Shown here: positions 7,422-17,732 of the stretch, piece by piece | Position numbering within the stretch: position 1 is the stretch's first letter | Layout of the letters: the number at the start of each line of letters is the position of its first letter | IMG/VR virus record: IMGVR_UViG_3300021254_000013 | Location: 1 to 32,308 of that record | Direction: 5' to 3' (one strand) | DNA length: 32,308 bases | Source: a virus | The notes under the pieces: model-generated | Told to the model about the DNA's origin: nothing | Seen by the model: the letters and a program-made list of their open reading frames with translations, nothing else | The model's database searches: none | Position numbers and translations under genes: made by a program

Positions 7422-8342
7422 TTAATCGCTCCAGTATTTCCTGTAATAACAAAGATACAAAATCGTGATGTCGATGGTCTCTGCGGTCACGACATCGCCA
7501 TTTTCAACAATGCACTTTGTAAAATATCCATCCGCGAAGCTCATTCTTGAGTAAGCCGGATAATATGTCGGAAGTGAAGTGCCAGAGCCATAGAGACACA
7601 CATCAACACCGCGAACATTACCAACGAAGGCGCTTTGCTCCTTGACAGCGAAACTGAGTCTCTTCGTTCCTAGTGGGCTATAGGTGGCGAGATGAGAAGT
7701 CTTGTCTTGACTCCATTTAAGATTGACAGCGGATGTTCCGATATTTCCATAGAAGAACCAGAAGGAGACTTCGGTCGGCGCTTCGGTTTGCACTTGGAAA
7801 GTCAATGCATCGCTTGTGTTCTTGGTGTAGTTGATTTCTTCAAGCCACAACGAAGTCGCCACCATTGTGAGAGTTGCGATGATGTCAGCTCCCATTCTTT
7901 GGATTTTTGAAAGAGAGATGGCGGTCACATAACAGAATAAAGTCTTCCCTGTGTCGCTGTTGGTGCTCTTCAAGATTTTCCTCTGGAAGTATTTCTCAAG
8001 GCTTGCCTTTGTCACCCTGTGTGCGTCAGTTGATTCGAACAAATCAAAGTCGATTTCAGGTTCCGAAGAGAAGGCGATGAACTCTTGCATGAGTGCTTCT
8101 GCCTTTTTCAGGGCGGTGCCTTTGAAAATGATATTTCCGGTCAGTGTTCTTCTTGCCGGTTCGAGTTTAGTCTGGCTAAATCCAAAATCATTGTTGTTGA
8201 TGTAGCTTGCGTTCTGGGAGTAGCTTCTATTCAAAGTAAAAGGAGAAGCGGATGTGAGAGCCATATTCCACTCTCTCTCCACCTCGGTGTTGTTCTCCAC
8301 GTAGGCTTTGTTTGCAGTGATTGCGAGTGAGTAAGTTCTCAT
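7422..8342 (-). CDS. Distal tail protein (Dit)-like (306 aa)
   Basis: Synteny: immediately downstream of the tape measure. RBS gaggaga. Confidence 0.55.
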   Translation of the reverse strand: MRTYSLAITANKAYVENNTEVEREWNMALTSASPFTLNRSYSQNASYINNNDFGFSQTKLEPARRTLTGNIIFKGTALKKAEALMQEFIAFSSEPEIDFDLFESTDAHRVTKASLEKYFQRKILKSTNSDTGKTLFCYVTAISLSKIQRMGADIIATLTMVATSLWLEEINYTKNTSDALTFQVQTEAPTEVSFWFFYGNIGTSAVNLKWSQDKTSHLATYSPLGTKRLSFAVKEQSAFVGNVRGVDVCLYGSGTSLPTYYPAYSRMSFADGYFTKCIVENGDVVTAETIDITILYLCYYRKYWSD

Positions 8343-8365
8343 CTTCGATTCTCCTCTCTGTTCGT

Positions 8366-9886
8366 TTAGATTTGTCTTCCGATTTCTTCGTCAATCTCAT
8401 CAATTGAGAAGTGGGAAGCGGTTGTGTAAATAGTCACATTGTAGGTGTTGCCACCGGTTGAGGCTTGAGCGTTATTTCTTAAACGAGTTCCCATATGCCA
8501 GTTTCCTTTATCGTCTTTCCAGTCATACCCATTCGCAAAGTTGTGTTCTTGGCCAGATGCCGGGATTCCTTCGGAGAGGCTTGGCGTTGGAAAGCCATTA
8601 TTTCCGTCCTCTTTTAAGCCGAATACTTTATCTAAGAAGTCCGCAAGCTTGCTCAATAAGTTTAAGAGAATATCGTGCTCCAAGAGTTTGTTCAAGATTT
8701 TGGCGATTCTGTCAATAACCTCTAACAAAGGGCTCAAAAGAGTGAGAATCGGTTCGAGCCTCTCAAAGATGATTTCGAGGGCGTCAATAACATTCAAGAG
8801 AGTTTCTCCGACAAAGTTCATCAATTTTTCAATGAGAGGCGCGAGTTTACCTGTCAAAAGAGTATGCAATCTTTCAAAGAACTCTTTCAAATTAGGAAGA
8901 AGGTCTGCAACCAAAATCAAGAAATCGTTCTTGATGTCTCCCATCGTGTTTGCGATGTCGGCGGACACATCCGCTTGCTCTTCCGTCCAGATTCCTTCTG
9001 CGTTGTCAGCGAGGTCTTTGACTGCTTCTGACCCCTTCTCAATCATCGGAAGAATGGCGGTGGCATATCTTTGGCCGAAGATTTGGGTTGCATAGTTGAG
9101 TTTCTGGTTCTTATCTTCGACTTGATTCAAAGCGTTGATAATCTCGTAGAAGGCGCCCTCGGTTCCCATCTCAGAGAGTTCTTGCAAGTTAAGTCCAAGA
9201 CGTTCGAGAGTTTTCGTGGCTTCAGTTGAGTTATGACCGGCGATGTCAGAGAGCACTCCGTTGACTTCAAGGAGTGACTTCTTCACGGAGTTTTGCGACA
9301 CACCCAGCATTTGACCAGCGTTGGCAAGTCTTTGGAAAGATTCCATCGCGATGCCAGCTTCGTTCGCTTCCTCACGGATGTCGCTTGCAGTTGTCACGGC
9401 GGACGTTGCTGTCTTAATGACTGCGGCGATAGCTGCAACCACAATCGCGACTTTGCTCTTAATGTTGGAAGCCATTTGGCCGATATTTTTCGACCCTTTA
9501 TCACTCATTTGACCCATGTCATGTTCGACTTTCTTGGCTTCCATTGAGGTGGTCTCAAGTTCGTCGTTCAAGCGCTGGACTTGTTGGACTTGTTTCTGAA
9601 GTTTGCTTTCCGGAATCAAGCCTTTCTCGCTTGCTTCCTTCATCTGGGCGAGGATGTTCTTCTCTTTGGCCAGTTGCTCATTTAAGAGCTTGATTCTTTG
9701 GCGGAGAAGGTCGAACTTCTTCTGCATGGAGTTGATGGGAGTGATGTCAAACTTCATGTTCTTGTTGACTTTCTTGAGCTCCTGTCCGTTCGCCTTTAAG
9801 TCGTTTTTAACATTAGAAAGACCACGCTCAAGTTGAGTCGTGTCAAGTCCGATTTCAATGTTTAATCCTTTAACATTTTCAGCCAT
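8366..9886 (-). CDS. Tape measure protein (506 aa)
   Basis: Follows the G/GT chaperones. Helical, with a hydrophobic AIVVAAIAAVIKTATSAV segment and a typical N-terminus. Confidence 0.8.
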   Translation of the reverse strand: MAENVKGLNIEIGLDTTQLERGLSNVKNDLKANGQELKKVNKNMKFDITPINSMQKKFDLLRQRIKLLNEQLAKEKNILAQMKEASEKGLIPESKLQKQVQQVQRLNDELETTSMEAKKVEHDMGQMSDKGSKNIGQMASNIKSKVAIVVAAIAAVIKTATSAVTTASDIREEANEAGIAMESFQRLANAGQMLGVSQNSVKKSLLEVNGVLSDIAGHNSTEATKTLERLGLNLQELSEMGTEGAFYEIINALNQVEDKNQKLNYATQIFGQRYATAILPMIEKGSEAVKDLADNAEGIWTEEQADVSADIANTMGDIKNDFLILVADLLPNLKEFFERLHTLLTGKLAPLIEKLMNFVGETLLNVIDALEIIFERLEPILTLLSPLLEVIDRIAKILNKLLEHDILLNLLSKLADFLDKVFGLKEDGNNGFPTPSLSEGIPASGQEHNFANGYDWKDDKGNWHMGTRLRNNAQASTGGNTYNVTIYTTASHFSIDEIDEEIGRQI

Positions 9887-9909
9887 TTTGCGTGGTTCCT
9901 TTCTTTTAA

Positions 9910-10532
9910 TTAAAGTCTATCCATGTCCGCTTGGGTGGCAATCCTGACAAGTGCTTTTTTCTCTTGTCTTGATGGAATAGGATTTCCGAACCAGCGGAAG
10001 CACATCTTCCAAAAAGTGATATAAGAAATCTCTTCTAATTCATCCAGGGAGAAGCCCATCTCTTTTGCAGATAAGATGATGTCTATCGCCATGAAGTGAT
10101 GATGGATTCTTTCCTGGTGGATTTCTTCCTCGCTTTTGATTTCGTTCTCACTTTTGGTTTCTTTTGAATAAGAAGCCAGAGCTTTTGACTCTGGCTCTAC
10201 AAGTTTTTTGTGTCTGCGATTTCCTTTGATTCGTTTTGAAACACTTCAGCGATGAAGGGAACCACCTCTTGCGAGATGGGAACCAAAGCGTCAAAGGGAA
10301 TAGTGTCGCAGAACTCTTCAAAAGACACTTTTCCGAACAGGCAAGGCTTTGCCAGTGCGTAGGCGAGTTTGATTCCGATTAGAATGTCTTTATCACTCTT
10401 TTCCAAAGCGTCGAAGATTTGTTCTCCGAAGGCTTGATTGTAAGTGACGACAGCTCTCACGGAATTGAAGAGAACGAGCTCTTTTTCTTCGCCTTTGGTG
10501 TCTTTGTATTTAATCACTTTTGATTCAGTCAT
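9910..10532 (-). CDS. Tail assembly chaperone G-T fusion made by a -1 frameshift
   Basis: After the slip at A_AAA_AAC the -1 frame stays open (KKLVEPESKALASYSKETKSENEIKSEEEIHQERIHHHF MAIDII...) through to the stop at 9910. This joins ORF 10197..10532 to ORF 9910..10092. Confidence 0.75.
10197..10532 (-). CDS. Tail assembly chaperone G (111 aa)
   Basis: Lies between the major tail protein and the tape measure. Ends at TAG just after the slippery heptamer. Confidence 0.8.
   Translation of the reverse strand: MTESKVIKYKDTKGEEKELVLFNSVRAVVTYNQAFGEQIFDALEKSDKDILIGIKLAYALAKPCLFGKVSFEEFCDTIPFDALVPISQEVVPFIAEVFQNESKEIADTKNL
10203..10209 (-). other. Slippery heptamer A_AAA_AAC for -1 programmed frameshifting
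   Basis: The minus strand reads aca aaa aac ttg tag. The heptamer is in the X_XXY_YYZ register of the zero frame. Confidence 0.75.
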
Positions 10533-10555
10533 CGTTCTTTCTTTCCTTTCATCAA

Positions 10556-11134
10556 TTAAGCGGTAAAGGTGGGAAGAGTGAAGGCATTTGTGAAGAGAGT
10601 CGCATATCCGCTCTGACCTTCATCAATGCGCTCTTTGATAGCGAACTTGCCGTTTGCGAGTTGAACAGGATAAGCGGTCAAGTTGATGGTGTCATTTGCA
10701 AAAGTGACGCTCTCGGTGTTGGTGGAGTGGTCTCCCTCATCAATGGAGTTGACTTCACAGATAAAGAAGACATGTCTTGCGTGTTTGGCATCGCCTTTGA
10801 CCTCGAAGCCGAGGGCAATCTTTTTCTTGACATCGTTGACGACTTGAACAAGTCCGCCTCTGGTGCTCTCTAAGTAGCCGAGAACATCCTTCTTGAACTC
10901 GTCAGAGACAACGCTCATCTCGAGTCCTAAGGTGGTCGATGTGGTAGAGGTTGCGACATAAATGACTTGGTCATCCGCATATTGAGCGGAAGTGTTGCTA
11001 TTCTCGGAGACATTAAGAGAAATCGCGGTGGGAAGGCTCTTCCATTCTCCGAAGGTGGGAGTAGTGCCTTCTGTGACCACGGCATAGTGGACGTTAGAAA
11101 GTCCAAACTTGACTTTGTTTGCTGTAGTAGGCAT
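10556..11134 (-). CDS. Major tail protein (192 aa, phi13-like)
   Basis: Position upstream of the chaperones. N-terminus MPTTANKVKFGLSNVHYAV is typical of this family. Confidence 0.8.
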   Translation of the reverse strand: MPTTANKVKFGLSNVHYAVVTEGTTPTFGEWKSLPTAISLNVSENSNTSAQYADDQVIYVATSTTSTTLGLEMSVVSDEFKKDVLGYLESTRGGLVQVVNDVKKKIALGFEVKGDAKHARHVFFICEVNSIDEGDHSTNTESVTFANDTINLTAYPVQLANGKFAIKERIDEGQSGYATLFTNAFTLPTFTA

Positions 11135-11162
11135 TTTTTATTTTCCTTTCTTTTTGGAGATT

Positions 11163-11588
11163 TCATAAGCCTTCTCCTTTGGCTATTGTTTGCTTGACTT
11201 TGGTCTCCATGATGGGAGAATACTTGTCAATGAGGTGTTGCAAGAAGTGGCGACCCTGGAAGGTTCCCCCTGACTTGGTCAGGTGGTCATTCTCCAGAAG
11301 GTGGACGATTCGATATTTTCCGTTGATAGCATGAACTCGGACAACTTTTTCCGTGGCTGTGTCGACAATTGGTGTCGCTCTCCAAGAATCCACCAAGTGG
11401 TGGCGATGATTAGGAGTTCGACCGATTCCGGTTGTTGACATCTCCTGGGGAATGTCGCTCTTGAAGTCTTCAGCGACTTCGCCGACAACATCCGCTAGGT
11501 TAGAAGCCACGGCAACTCCATATTTCTCGATAATGTCGGCGACTTGTTCGCCTAACTCGTCAAGACTTATGGTTTTTGCGTTGTTCAT
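11163..11588 (-). CDS. HK97 gp10-like tail completion / neck protein (141 aa)
   Basis: Synteny and size. ATGA overlap with the upstream gene. Confidence 0.6.
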   Translation of the reverse strand: MNNAKTISLDELGEQVADIIEKYGVAVASNLADVVGEVAEDFKSDIPQEMSTTGIGRTPNHRHHLVDSWRATPIVDTATEKVVRVHAINGKYRIVHLLENDHLTKSGGTFQGRHFLQHLIDKYSPIMETKVKQTIAKGEGL

Positions 11589-12010
11589 TTTTTGAAGACC
11601 TTTCTCGCGGTGTAAGTGACCACGCTCTTCTTAGAATTGTAATCATAGAAGGTGGAGTCGTAGACAAGGCGCCATTCGGTGTTCTCGAAGGCTTCCTCAA
11701 GGTCTGTTCTTATCTGTTGGAATCTTTGGTTCTCAAGTGAGTCAGGAGTCACTATATCAAGACCAAAGATGACATCCACATCGGTGACTTGATTGTCCGC
11801 CCAGTGCCGTCCATTAAAGTTCGTGACGTCGTAGATGAGACATGTCTTTGTTTGCGTTTGCTCCACGTTATTGACGGAACGGAAGAAGGGAGTTTTTCTT
11901 GCCTTAGACAAGACTTCTTGAGAAGTTGTGTCTCCATTGATGAAGCCCTTCGCCTCAAGAACCCCTCTAAAGTCGGCATAGACGACGTTTTCAAACTCTT
12001 GCCATGTCAT
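11585..12010 (-). CDS. Neck / head-tail joining protein (141 aa)
   Basis: The first M in the ORF track is a GTG. The ATG at 12010 has RBS gaggtgg and an ATGA overlap with the upstream stop. Confidence 0.5.
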   Translation of the reverse strand: MTWQEFENVVYADFRGVLEAKGFINGDTTSQEVLSKARKTPFFRSVNNVEQTQTKTCLIYDVTNFNGRHWADNQVTDVDVIFGLDIVTPDSLENQRFQQIRTDLEEAFENTEWRLVYDSTFYDYNSKKSVVTYTARKVFKK

Positions 12011-12378
12011 AAGCCCCACCTCACTTTGTCGAAGGCTCCTGGCTCGATTTCGAGCGCCCTGAGCACATATCTTGTCCGCCCTTTATCGTCATAGGCATCC
12101 ACGCTCGTGATTGAGTATGTCTTCAATCCGAAGAGCGGTCTTTCAAACTCAATGAAGTCGCCAGCTTTAACCGGTCGCCGATTGATTTTGAACTGGCAAG
12201 TGGACTCGATGGAAGCCTCTCGATTTCGAATGATTTCATTCGCCGAGAGCTCTCTGAACGAGCACTTGAACATCTCTTCTTCATCAGCGTTGTAGTAGTG
12301 TTTTACCCTAACAAGACCGGAGACAGAGTTGATTTCTTCGGCGTGGTAGATTCTAATTTTTCTATCGAGTCGTTCCAT
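12007..12378 (-). CDS. Head closure (head-tail adaptor) protein (123 aa)
   Basis: Synteny after the gp6-like connector, plus size. Confidence 0.6.
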   Translation of the reverse strand: MERLDRKIRIYHAEEINSVSGLVRVKHYYNADEEEMFKCSFRELSANEIIRNREASIESTCQFKINRRPVKAGDFIEFERPLFGLKTYSITSVDAYDDKGRTRYVLRALEIEPGAFDKVRWGL

Positions 12379-12664
12379 CTTGCTCTTCTCCCTTCTCTTC
12401 GTGTGCTATGTCGATAAGGTCGGCCAGATACATGTCAATGGTCTTCTGGTGGTCGGCGGAGCGATAATACATGTCAATCGCCACGAACTCAGCGCATACT
12501 TTGGCAATAGAGGAACTTTGACCCCAGTTCTTGCCGGTTCTGCGAAGAATGAAATCGGAGACACGCTGGGAAAGTTCTTGAGCTTCTCCATTGGATATGG
12601 AATCGGTCTCAAGGTCAAGCGCGTTTCGAACTTCTTGAATTGTTAGAATTGCGGTTGCTTTCAT
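12362..12664 (-). CDS. gp6-like head-tail connector protein (100 aa)
   Basis: The ATG at 12664 follows aaaggagacacgca. LTIQEVRNALDLE is typical of the family. First gene after the capsid gene. Confidence 0.7.
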   Translation of the reverse strand: MKATAILTIQEVRNALDLETDSISNGEAQELSQRVSDFILRRTGKNWGQSSSIAKVCAEFVAIDMYYRSADHQKTIDMYLADLIDIAHEEKGEEQDGTTR

Positions 12665-12715
12665 TGCGTGTCTCCTTTTTTTCAATTAGTTTTTAGTTGG
12701 TTTTATTTGCCTAAA

Positions 12716-13963
12716 TTAGGCGGAAAGTTTAGCGTATTTGAAGGCGCCAGGGACAGCCTTGGCAGAAGCCTGTTGATTGACCACATAAGTGGTGGTTCCC
12801 TTAGTGGCGCTTCTTTCGGTCTCGAAGTGCATAGGCGCCATGAAGTTGACTTTGAAGAATCTTCCAACGTCGCCGAAGATGATGTCGCCAGCGACAAGAT
12901 TTTCATCGGCTTCAACAGGAGCATTGGCGATGAAACGGATACCTTCAGGGTTGTTGACAATGGGAATGACATAATCGCCGTGACTATCTTTGGAGAAGGC
13001 GACTCCGTCATAGGCAGTCTGGGAGAGATAGAGCTTAGCTCTTCTTCTATATTTGCCAGTCAAGCCTTTGATTAAGGTTTCAATGACGGCGAGTTCGCCA
13101 CCAGCGGAGTAGGTGGAAGCAGTCACTCCAGCAGTGATGCCAGAGATGTGGCCATTTAAGCCAGTGCCATAAATAACTTCGCCACCCCAGTCTTCGGAGA
13201 AGTCAGCTTCTAAGGTTTGGAGCACATAGGAGCCAAGGTCGAAGTCGGTCATGTTATTTAATTCATCAGTGACAACGAGTTGAGTCTGTAAGTTGCCGAC
13301 AACAAGGTTGAGTCTGCTCCATTCCCATTGGGCATCGGCGACGTCAGAGCCTTCAGTCTTGACTTGGGCTTTGGTTCTGGAAGCTCTATAAGGAAGAGCG
13401 ACAGCGCCTTTAATGTAAGTGGGGATTAAGTCAGCGAGAATAGGAGATAAAGCTCCGTCTTCTCTCAATAAATCTAAGACAATTAAGGTGGGGATAAGCT
13501 GACCGCCATTGTTGACACCATCGGCATTGGCGGTTGCCTGGACGAAGGTGGTGGCAGTTGTAGTCAAGGAAGTGTCAAGGGCTCTCTCCTTGATGGTTTC
13601 TTCAGTGATGGGCTTATTTCTAAGAGCCATACCGAATAAAGTGATTTGAGATTCTCTTCTGGTTAACATTTTGGGTTTTTCCTTTCTTTGAGCGACATCA
13701 TTTTTCTTTGCTTGCTCGAGTTCGCTCTGTTCTTTCTCAATCAAGCTGTCTCTTTCCTTAGTCTTGGAATCTTTTTCGGTTGCAATTTCAGCAAGGCGTT
13801 TCTCAAGATTGGAGACTTCGAGAGTTCTCTCTTCAATGCCTTTTTCATCGGCTTCTTTTAATTCGTTTTGAATCTGAGAAAGTCTTTCCTTTGATGCTTT
13901 TTCCTCGTTTTCCAAGGCAAGGAGTGCCTCGTTTAAGGCTTGAATCAATTCACGATAATTCAT
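12716..13963 (-). CDS. Major capsid protein, HK97 fold, with N-terminal coiled-coil delta domain (415 aa)
   Basis: Follows the prohead protease. Has a coiled-coil N-terminus, then a capsid-like body. Size fits. Confidence 0.9.
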   Translation of the reverse strand: MNYRELIQALNEALLALENEEKASKERLSQIQNELKEADEKGIEERTLEVSNLEKRLAEIATEKDSKTKERDSLIEKEQSELEQAKKNDVAQRKEKPKMLTRRESQITLFGMALRNKPITEETIKERALDTSLTTTATTFVQATANADGVNNGGQLIPTLIVLDLLREDGALSPILADLIPTYIKGAVALPYRASRTKAQVKTEGSDVADAQWEWSRLNLVVGNLQTQLVVTDELNNMTDFDLGSYVLQTLEADFSEDWGGEVIYGTGLNGHISGITAGVTASTYSAGGELAVIETLIKGLTGKYRRRAKLYLSQTAYDGVAFSKDSHGDYVIPIVNNPEGIRFIANAPVEADENLVAGDIIFGDVGRFFKVNFMAPMHFETERSATKGTTTYVVNQQASAKAVPGAFKYAKLSA

Positions 13964-13983
13964 GAATGGTTCTCCTTTCGTTT

Positions 13984-14655
13984 TTAGTGACTCTCTCCAG
14001 AGTCTAGCAAGCCTTTGATTTTATCGAGAAGGGCTTGTCTCTTCTTCTCGACCTCGAGCGCGTTCTTGCGGTTCTCCAACTCATCCTTTAACTTCTCCAA
14101 GTCAACGGAACGAACAGCACTAATTGAGGTGTTATCATACGCGGGGAACTCCACCGCGGAGACATCATATAATTTGCGGACTTTCTGAACATGGAAGCAG
14201 TGATTGTCCTCGTCATAGGCTTCTTGAGAGGTCGTGAAGGCGAAGGACATTCTATCGAGAAGTCCATCGCGGACATCCTTGTAGAACTGAGCGCATCTCT
14301 CGTTGTCCTTGGGGAGTTTGGCTTTGAAGTAGACGCCATCCTCACGGACTTCTAATTCAAGAGATTTGTTTCTTGTTCTAGCGACTGCGAAGTTGCCGTC
14401 TCCGTGATTGACGTTGAGAACAACGTCGGTCATGTCGGTTCCTTCAAACGAATCTCTTTCGATGACTTCTTTGATGTCATATCCGAGTCCTGTCATAGAG
14501 CCAGGATAGAGGACTGTCTCTTCTCCAAAAGTGACAGGTTTTCCTTCGACGTGATAGAAAGCATCATCGACGTTTTGAGCTTCTTCTCTTGCTTTGAGAG
14601 CTAAATCGAGAAGGCGGATTTCTCTGTCTTTTCTTTCAAAAGGGTTTTTATTCAT
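13984..14655 (-). CDS. HK97-family prohead protease (223 aa)
   Basis: The ATG at 14655 follows aaggagac and overlaps the portal stop by 8 nt. Lies between the portal and capsid genes. Confidence 0.85.
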   Translation of the reverse strand: MNKNPFERKDREIRLLDLALKAREEAQNVDDAFYHVEGKPVTFGEETVLYPGSMTGLGYDIKEVIERDSFEGTDMTDVVLNVNHGDGNFAVARTRNKSLELEVREDGVYFKAKLPKDNERCAQFYKDVRDGLLDRMSFAFTTSQEAYDEDNHCFHVQKVRKLYDVSAVEFPAYDNTSISAVRSVDLEKLKDELENRKNALEVEKKRQALLDKIKGLLDSGESH

Positions 14656-15892
14656 TGTTTTGGTCTCCTTCCTGACTCTCTTCATCTGGAGTCGGATTGT
14701 TGTCTATGTTTTCATCTTGCGGAAGTCTATCAAGTCTCTTAATGAGAATGTTCTCTTCAGGGGGAAGAGGGTCGACTCCAGCAAGACGTCGAATGTCGTT
14801 GGTATAGTAGTATCCGGATTGAACGAGTAGCTGTCCGGCTTGCAATCGGTGCGCCTGGGATGCAGTGAAGAGGTATCTCGTATCCACGACGATTATTCGA
14901 CCGCCGGCGATTGCCTTTCTTGATAAGAGCTTCAGAGATAGCTCAACTCCTAGCTCATCGGCGAAGGGGTCAACGGAAGTCTCGACCCAGTTGTTGTATT
15001 GGTCATCCGTTGCGGTTCCATCAACAATGGATTTGCTGACACCGAAGTAAGTGTATATTTGGTCAATGAATGGAGTGACTTTGTCGGTGCCAGTCCATTG
15101 ATTGTTGGAGTTGATGGGAACGATGCCTTCACTTGCGTCAGAATAAAGAGCTCCGTTGGCTCCCACTTCTGAGATGAGTTGATTCAATCGTTCTTGACGT
15201 TCTCTTCTTTGGTCTTCATTTAAGACACGCGTTGAAGTGGCGATGAAGCGCACGATTCCAGCGTCCTTGATGGATTTTGTTAAACCTGTGAAGTTGTCCT
15301 CGACCAGTTGAACGATTTTCTTCAGTGCCTCGTTGTTTGAGGCATAAGGATTGGCGATTGTAGGTCTTCTCGCGAGAACTATCATGTCATCGGCTTTGAC
15401 TGCTTTTTGAACGCCATTGAGATTGAATAAAAAAGTCTCAACTGGTGCCGAGGTGCTTTCATCGACAGCAACCTGGAAATTGACATCGGCGATGTCTAAA
15501 GCGTATAAAGCGCGAACTTGTTCATCGAGTTTGACCTTTCTCAAGTCGCGGTCAATCCAGATGAATGCGAGGTTTGAGGTGTAGTAGCTATCAATGACCT
15601 GGCGCCAGAAGTTGATGGCATTTTGCGTCGGATTCGGTTGGAATCTAAGAAGATAGTCGATGTTTGGATAGTCCTTATCCTGGTTTTTTTCGAAGAACAC
15701 CATCGGCTTTAATTTGCTTAAAACGCGGACATAAAGGGAAATACAGCTCTCGTATGTTGCGTTTGCTTTCTCATTCGCCTTGGTGTCAGCTCCGAAGGGA
15801 TTGAGCGTGATTAGAGTCTGGAAAGAACTTCCGACTGCTTTGTTGTTTTTTTTGCCTGTGAAGATTTTGACAAGATTTGACCAGATTCCCAT
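14648..15892 (-). CDS. Portal protein (414 aa)
   Basis: Follows TerL. Size, acidic C-terminus and family-like sequence. Confidence 0.9.
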   Translation of the reverse strand: MGIWSNLVKIFTGKKNNKAVGSSFQTLITLNPFGADTKANEKANATYESCISLYVRVLSKLKPMVFFEKNQDKDYPNIDYLLRFQPNPTQNAINFWRQVIDSYYTSNLAFIWIDRDLRKVKLDEQVRALYALDIADVNFQVAVDESTSAPVETFLFNLNGVQKAVKADDMIVLARRPTIANPYASNNEALKKIVQLVEDNFTGLTKSIKDAGIVRFIATSTRVLNEDQRRERQERLNQLISEVGANGALYSDASEGIVPINSNNQWTGTDKVTPFIDQIYTYFGVSKSIVDGTATDDQYNNWVETSVDPFADELGVELSLKLLSRKAIAGGRIIVVDTRYLFTASQAHRLQAGQLLVQSGYYYTNDIRRLAGVDPLPPEENILIKRLDRLPQDENIDNNPTPDEESQEGDQNNE

Positions 15893-15962
15893 GTCGGCAG
15901 TCTCTCCTTTCTTTGGTGTTTTATATCGTCTCTATTTTCGAATTATGGCATGTCGAAAGTCA

Positions 15963-17720
15963 TTATTTTTCGCTCTCTGGCTTTCCGAGCGGATACTGGT
16001 TCATGTAGCTCGATGGCTCATCCAGGAACTTCACGAGAGCGTTAAGTGATGCCATGAATCCATCAATCTTCTTCTCTCTCTTATCGTTGACCTTTTTCGG
16101 CATGATGTTTCCGTTGATGTCCGGTTCCATTTCAACGTTGGAGAGTTGCCACTTCATCACAGGGTTTCCAAGGTATGTGATGCGCTTTTCACGCATTCTG
16201 ACAAGAAACTCTTTGCAAGGCTCCGACAAGGTTTGGCGACCTTGGCGGACTGCGCTTTGAACATACTTCTCGGAGTATCCTCTAAGGTCGAGAGCATCCA
16301 CCACCATGGAAGAGTTCCATGGGTCGTAGGCAATGAATTGATACACATATCCAAACTGACTCGGAAGCTCTTCTGAGATATATGACACGATGGCGTTGTA
16401 GTTGACCCTTTCCCTTCCAGCGATTCGGATGAGTCCGCGGTCAACCCACTGGCGGAACGGAACCTTGGACGTGATGCAGTCTTCCGATTCCAAGAAGCTC
16501 TCAGTGATGAAGAACATCGGCAACAGGATGATGGAATCTCTCGCGCCATCGAAGAGCAGAACTGACACGGAACTCATGTCGAGACTCATTGATAAGTCAT
16601 AGCCGAGAATCGTGATTTGATTGTTGAACTTCTTCACGAAATCCCACCACTTTGGAGTGCCCCACTCGCCGACTTCTTCCTTGGAGTAAAGCCCCCACTC
16701 TCCGTTGTTGATTTCTTGTGCGGTCAGCCACACTTGTCTTTGCACACCGATAATGTTGAAGTCTTTAATCTTGACCGAAAGTCCAAAGTTCGCGTCAGAT
16801 TGCATTCTAATAACATTCTGGCGGAGCTTATCCCTGTCTTTGATGACATCAATTCCAGGATTCGCTTTTATCCAGCACTCTTCATCCGCCACTTCATTTG
16901 GGTCGTCGAGTTCATAAAGCAACGGAAAGAGCGTGTCATCGTTCACGAGGTTGTCGATGACTTTGACCGCATACTCGTATTCATCATCGAACAACTGGCC
17001 ACGCTGAAATCCAGCAGTTGAAATCATCGAGAGAAGGGGTTCTTCTCTTGCTGTCATTGATTGTTTTAAAATGTCATAAATCGAACGAGGCAACTCGTGA
17101 ATCTCATCTATCAAAGCTCCTGAAGCGTTCAAACCATCGAATGTCTTGACGTTCTTTGAGAGCACTTTGTAGTTGCTCGGAATTGCCGAGTAGCCCTTTG
17201 TGGTGTAGATTGTCGGTTGAGGAAAGACCTTGTATTTCATGCACTTGGAGAGCGTGGCGCTTTGGTCGAGAATCGACTGACTCTCTTCCCAGGTTCTCAA
17301 CGCTTGCGCTCTGGTTGTTGCTGACACATAAATCTCGGCGCCTTTCTCGACCATGGTCAAGTAAAGTCCAAGGCATGCGTGCTCGGATGTCTTTCCGTTC
17401 TTTCTTCCACGTAGGTCGAAGATTTCCTGGAAGCGTCTCAGTCCAGTGTCTTTGTGAACGATTCCGAATATCGCTTGCCATTTTGCTTTTTGGAACAGCA
17501 ACAACTCGAAGGGCTTCCCTGCCCACTTTCCCTTTGATTGCTTACAAAAGCCCTCGACGAACTTGATGAACTTTTCGCCTTTCGCTTCTTTAAAAGTGTA
17601 TTTGTCTGACTTGCCATCAATGATGGGAAGTATGTGGTCTAGATACCACTTCGCGACTCTCTTTGAAACGATGATTTCCCCTCTTTGGATTTTGTCGATA
17701 TATTCGCGAGTGTAATTCAT
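15963..17720 (-). CDS. terL: Terminase large subunit (585 aa)
   Basis: Terminase_1-like N-terminus (FVEGFCKQSKGKWAGKPFELLLFQK), Walker A-like GRKNGKT, then a nuclease half. Confidence 0.95.
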   Translation of the reverse strand: MNYTREYIDKIQRGEIIVSKRVAKWYLDHILPIIDGKSDKYTFKEAKGEKFIKFVEGFCKQSKGKWAGKPFELLLFQKAKWQAIFGIVHKDTGLRRFQEIFDLRGRKNGKTSEHACLGLYLTMVEKGAEIYVSATTRAQALRTWEESQSILDQSATLSKCMKYKVFPQPTIYTTKGYSAIPSNYKVLSKNVKTFDGLNASGALIDEIHELPRSIYDILKQSMTAREEPLLSMISTAGFQRGQLFDDEYEYAVKVIDNLVNDDTLFPLLYELDDPNEVADEECWIKANPGIDVIKDRDKLRQNVIRMQSDANFGLSVKIKDFNIIGVQRQVWLTAQEINNGEWGLYSKEEVGEWGTPKWWDFVKKFNNQITILGYDLSMSLDMSSVSVLLFDGARDSIILLPMFFITESFLESEDCITSKVPFRQWVDRGLIRIAGRERVNYNAIVSYISEELPSQFGYVYQFIAYDPWNSSMVVDALDLRGYSEKYVQSAVRQGRQTLSEPCKEFLVRMREKRITYLGNPVMKWQLSNVEMEPDINGNIMPKKVNDKREKKIDGFMASLNALVKFLDEPSSYMNQYPLGKPESEK

Positions 17721-17732
17721 GAGAGCTCTCCC

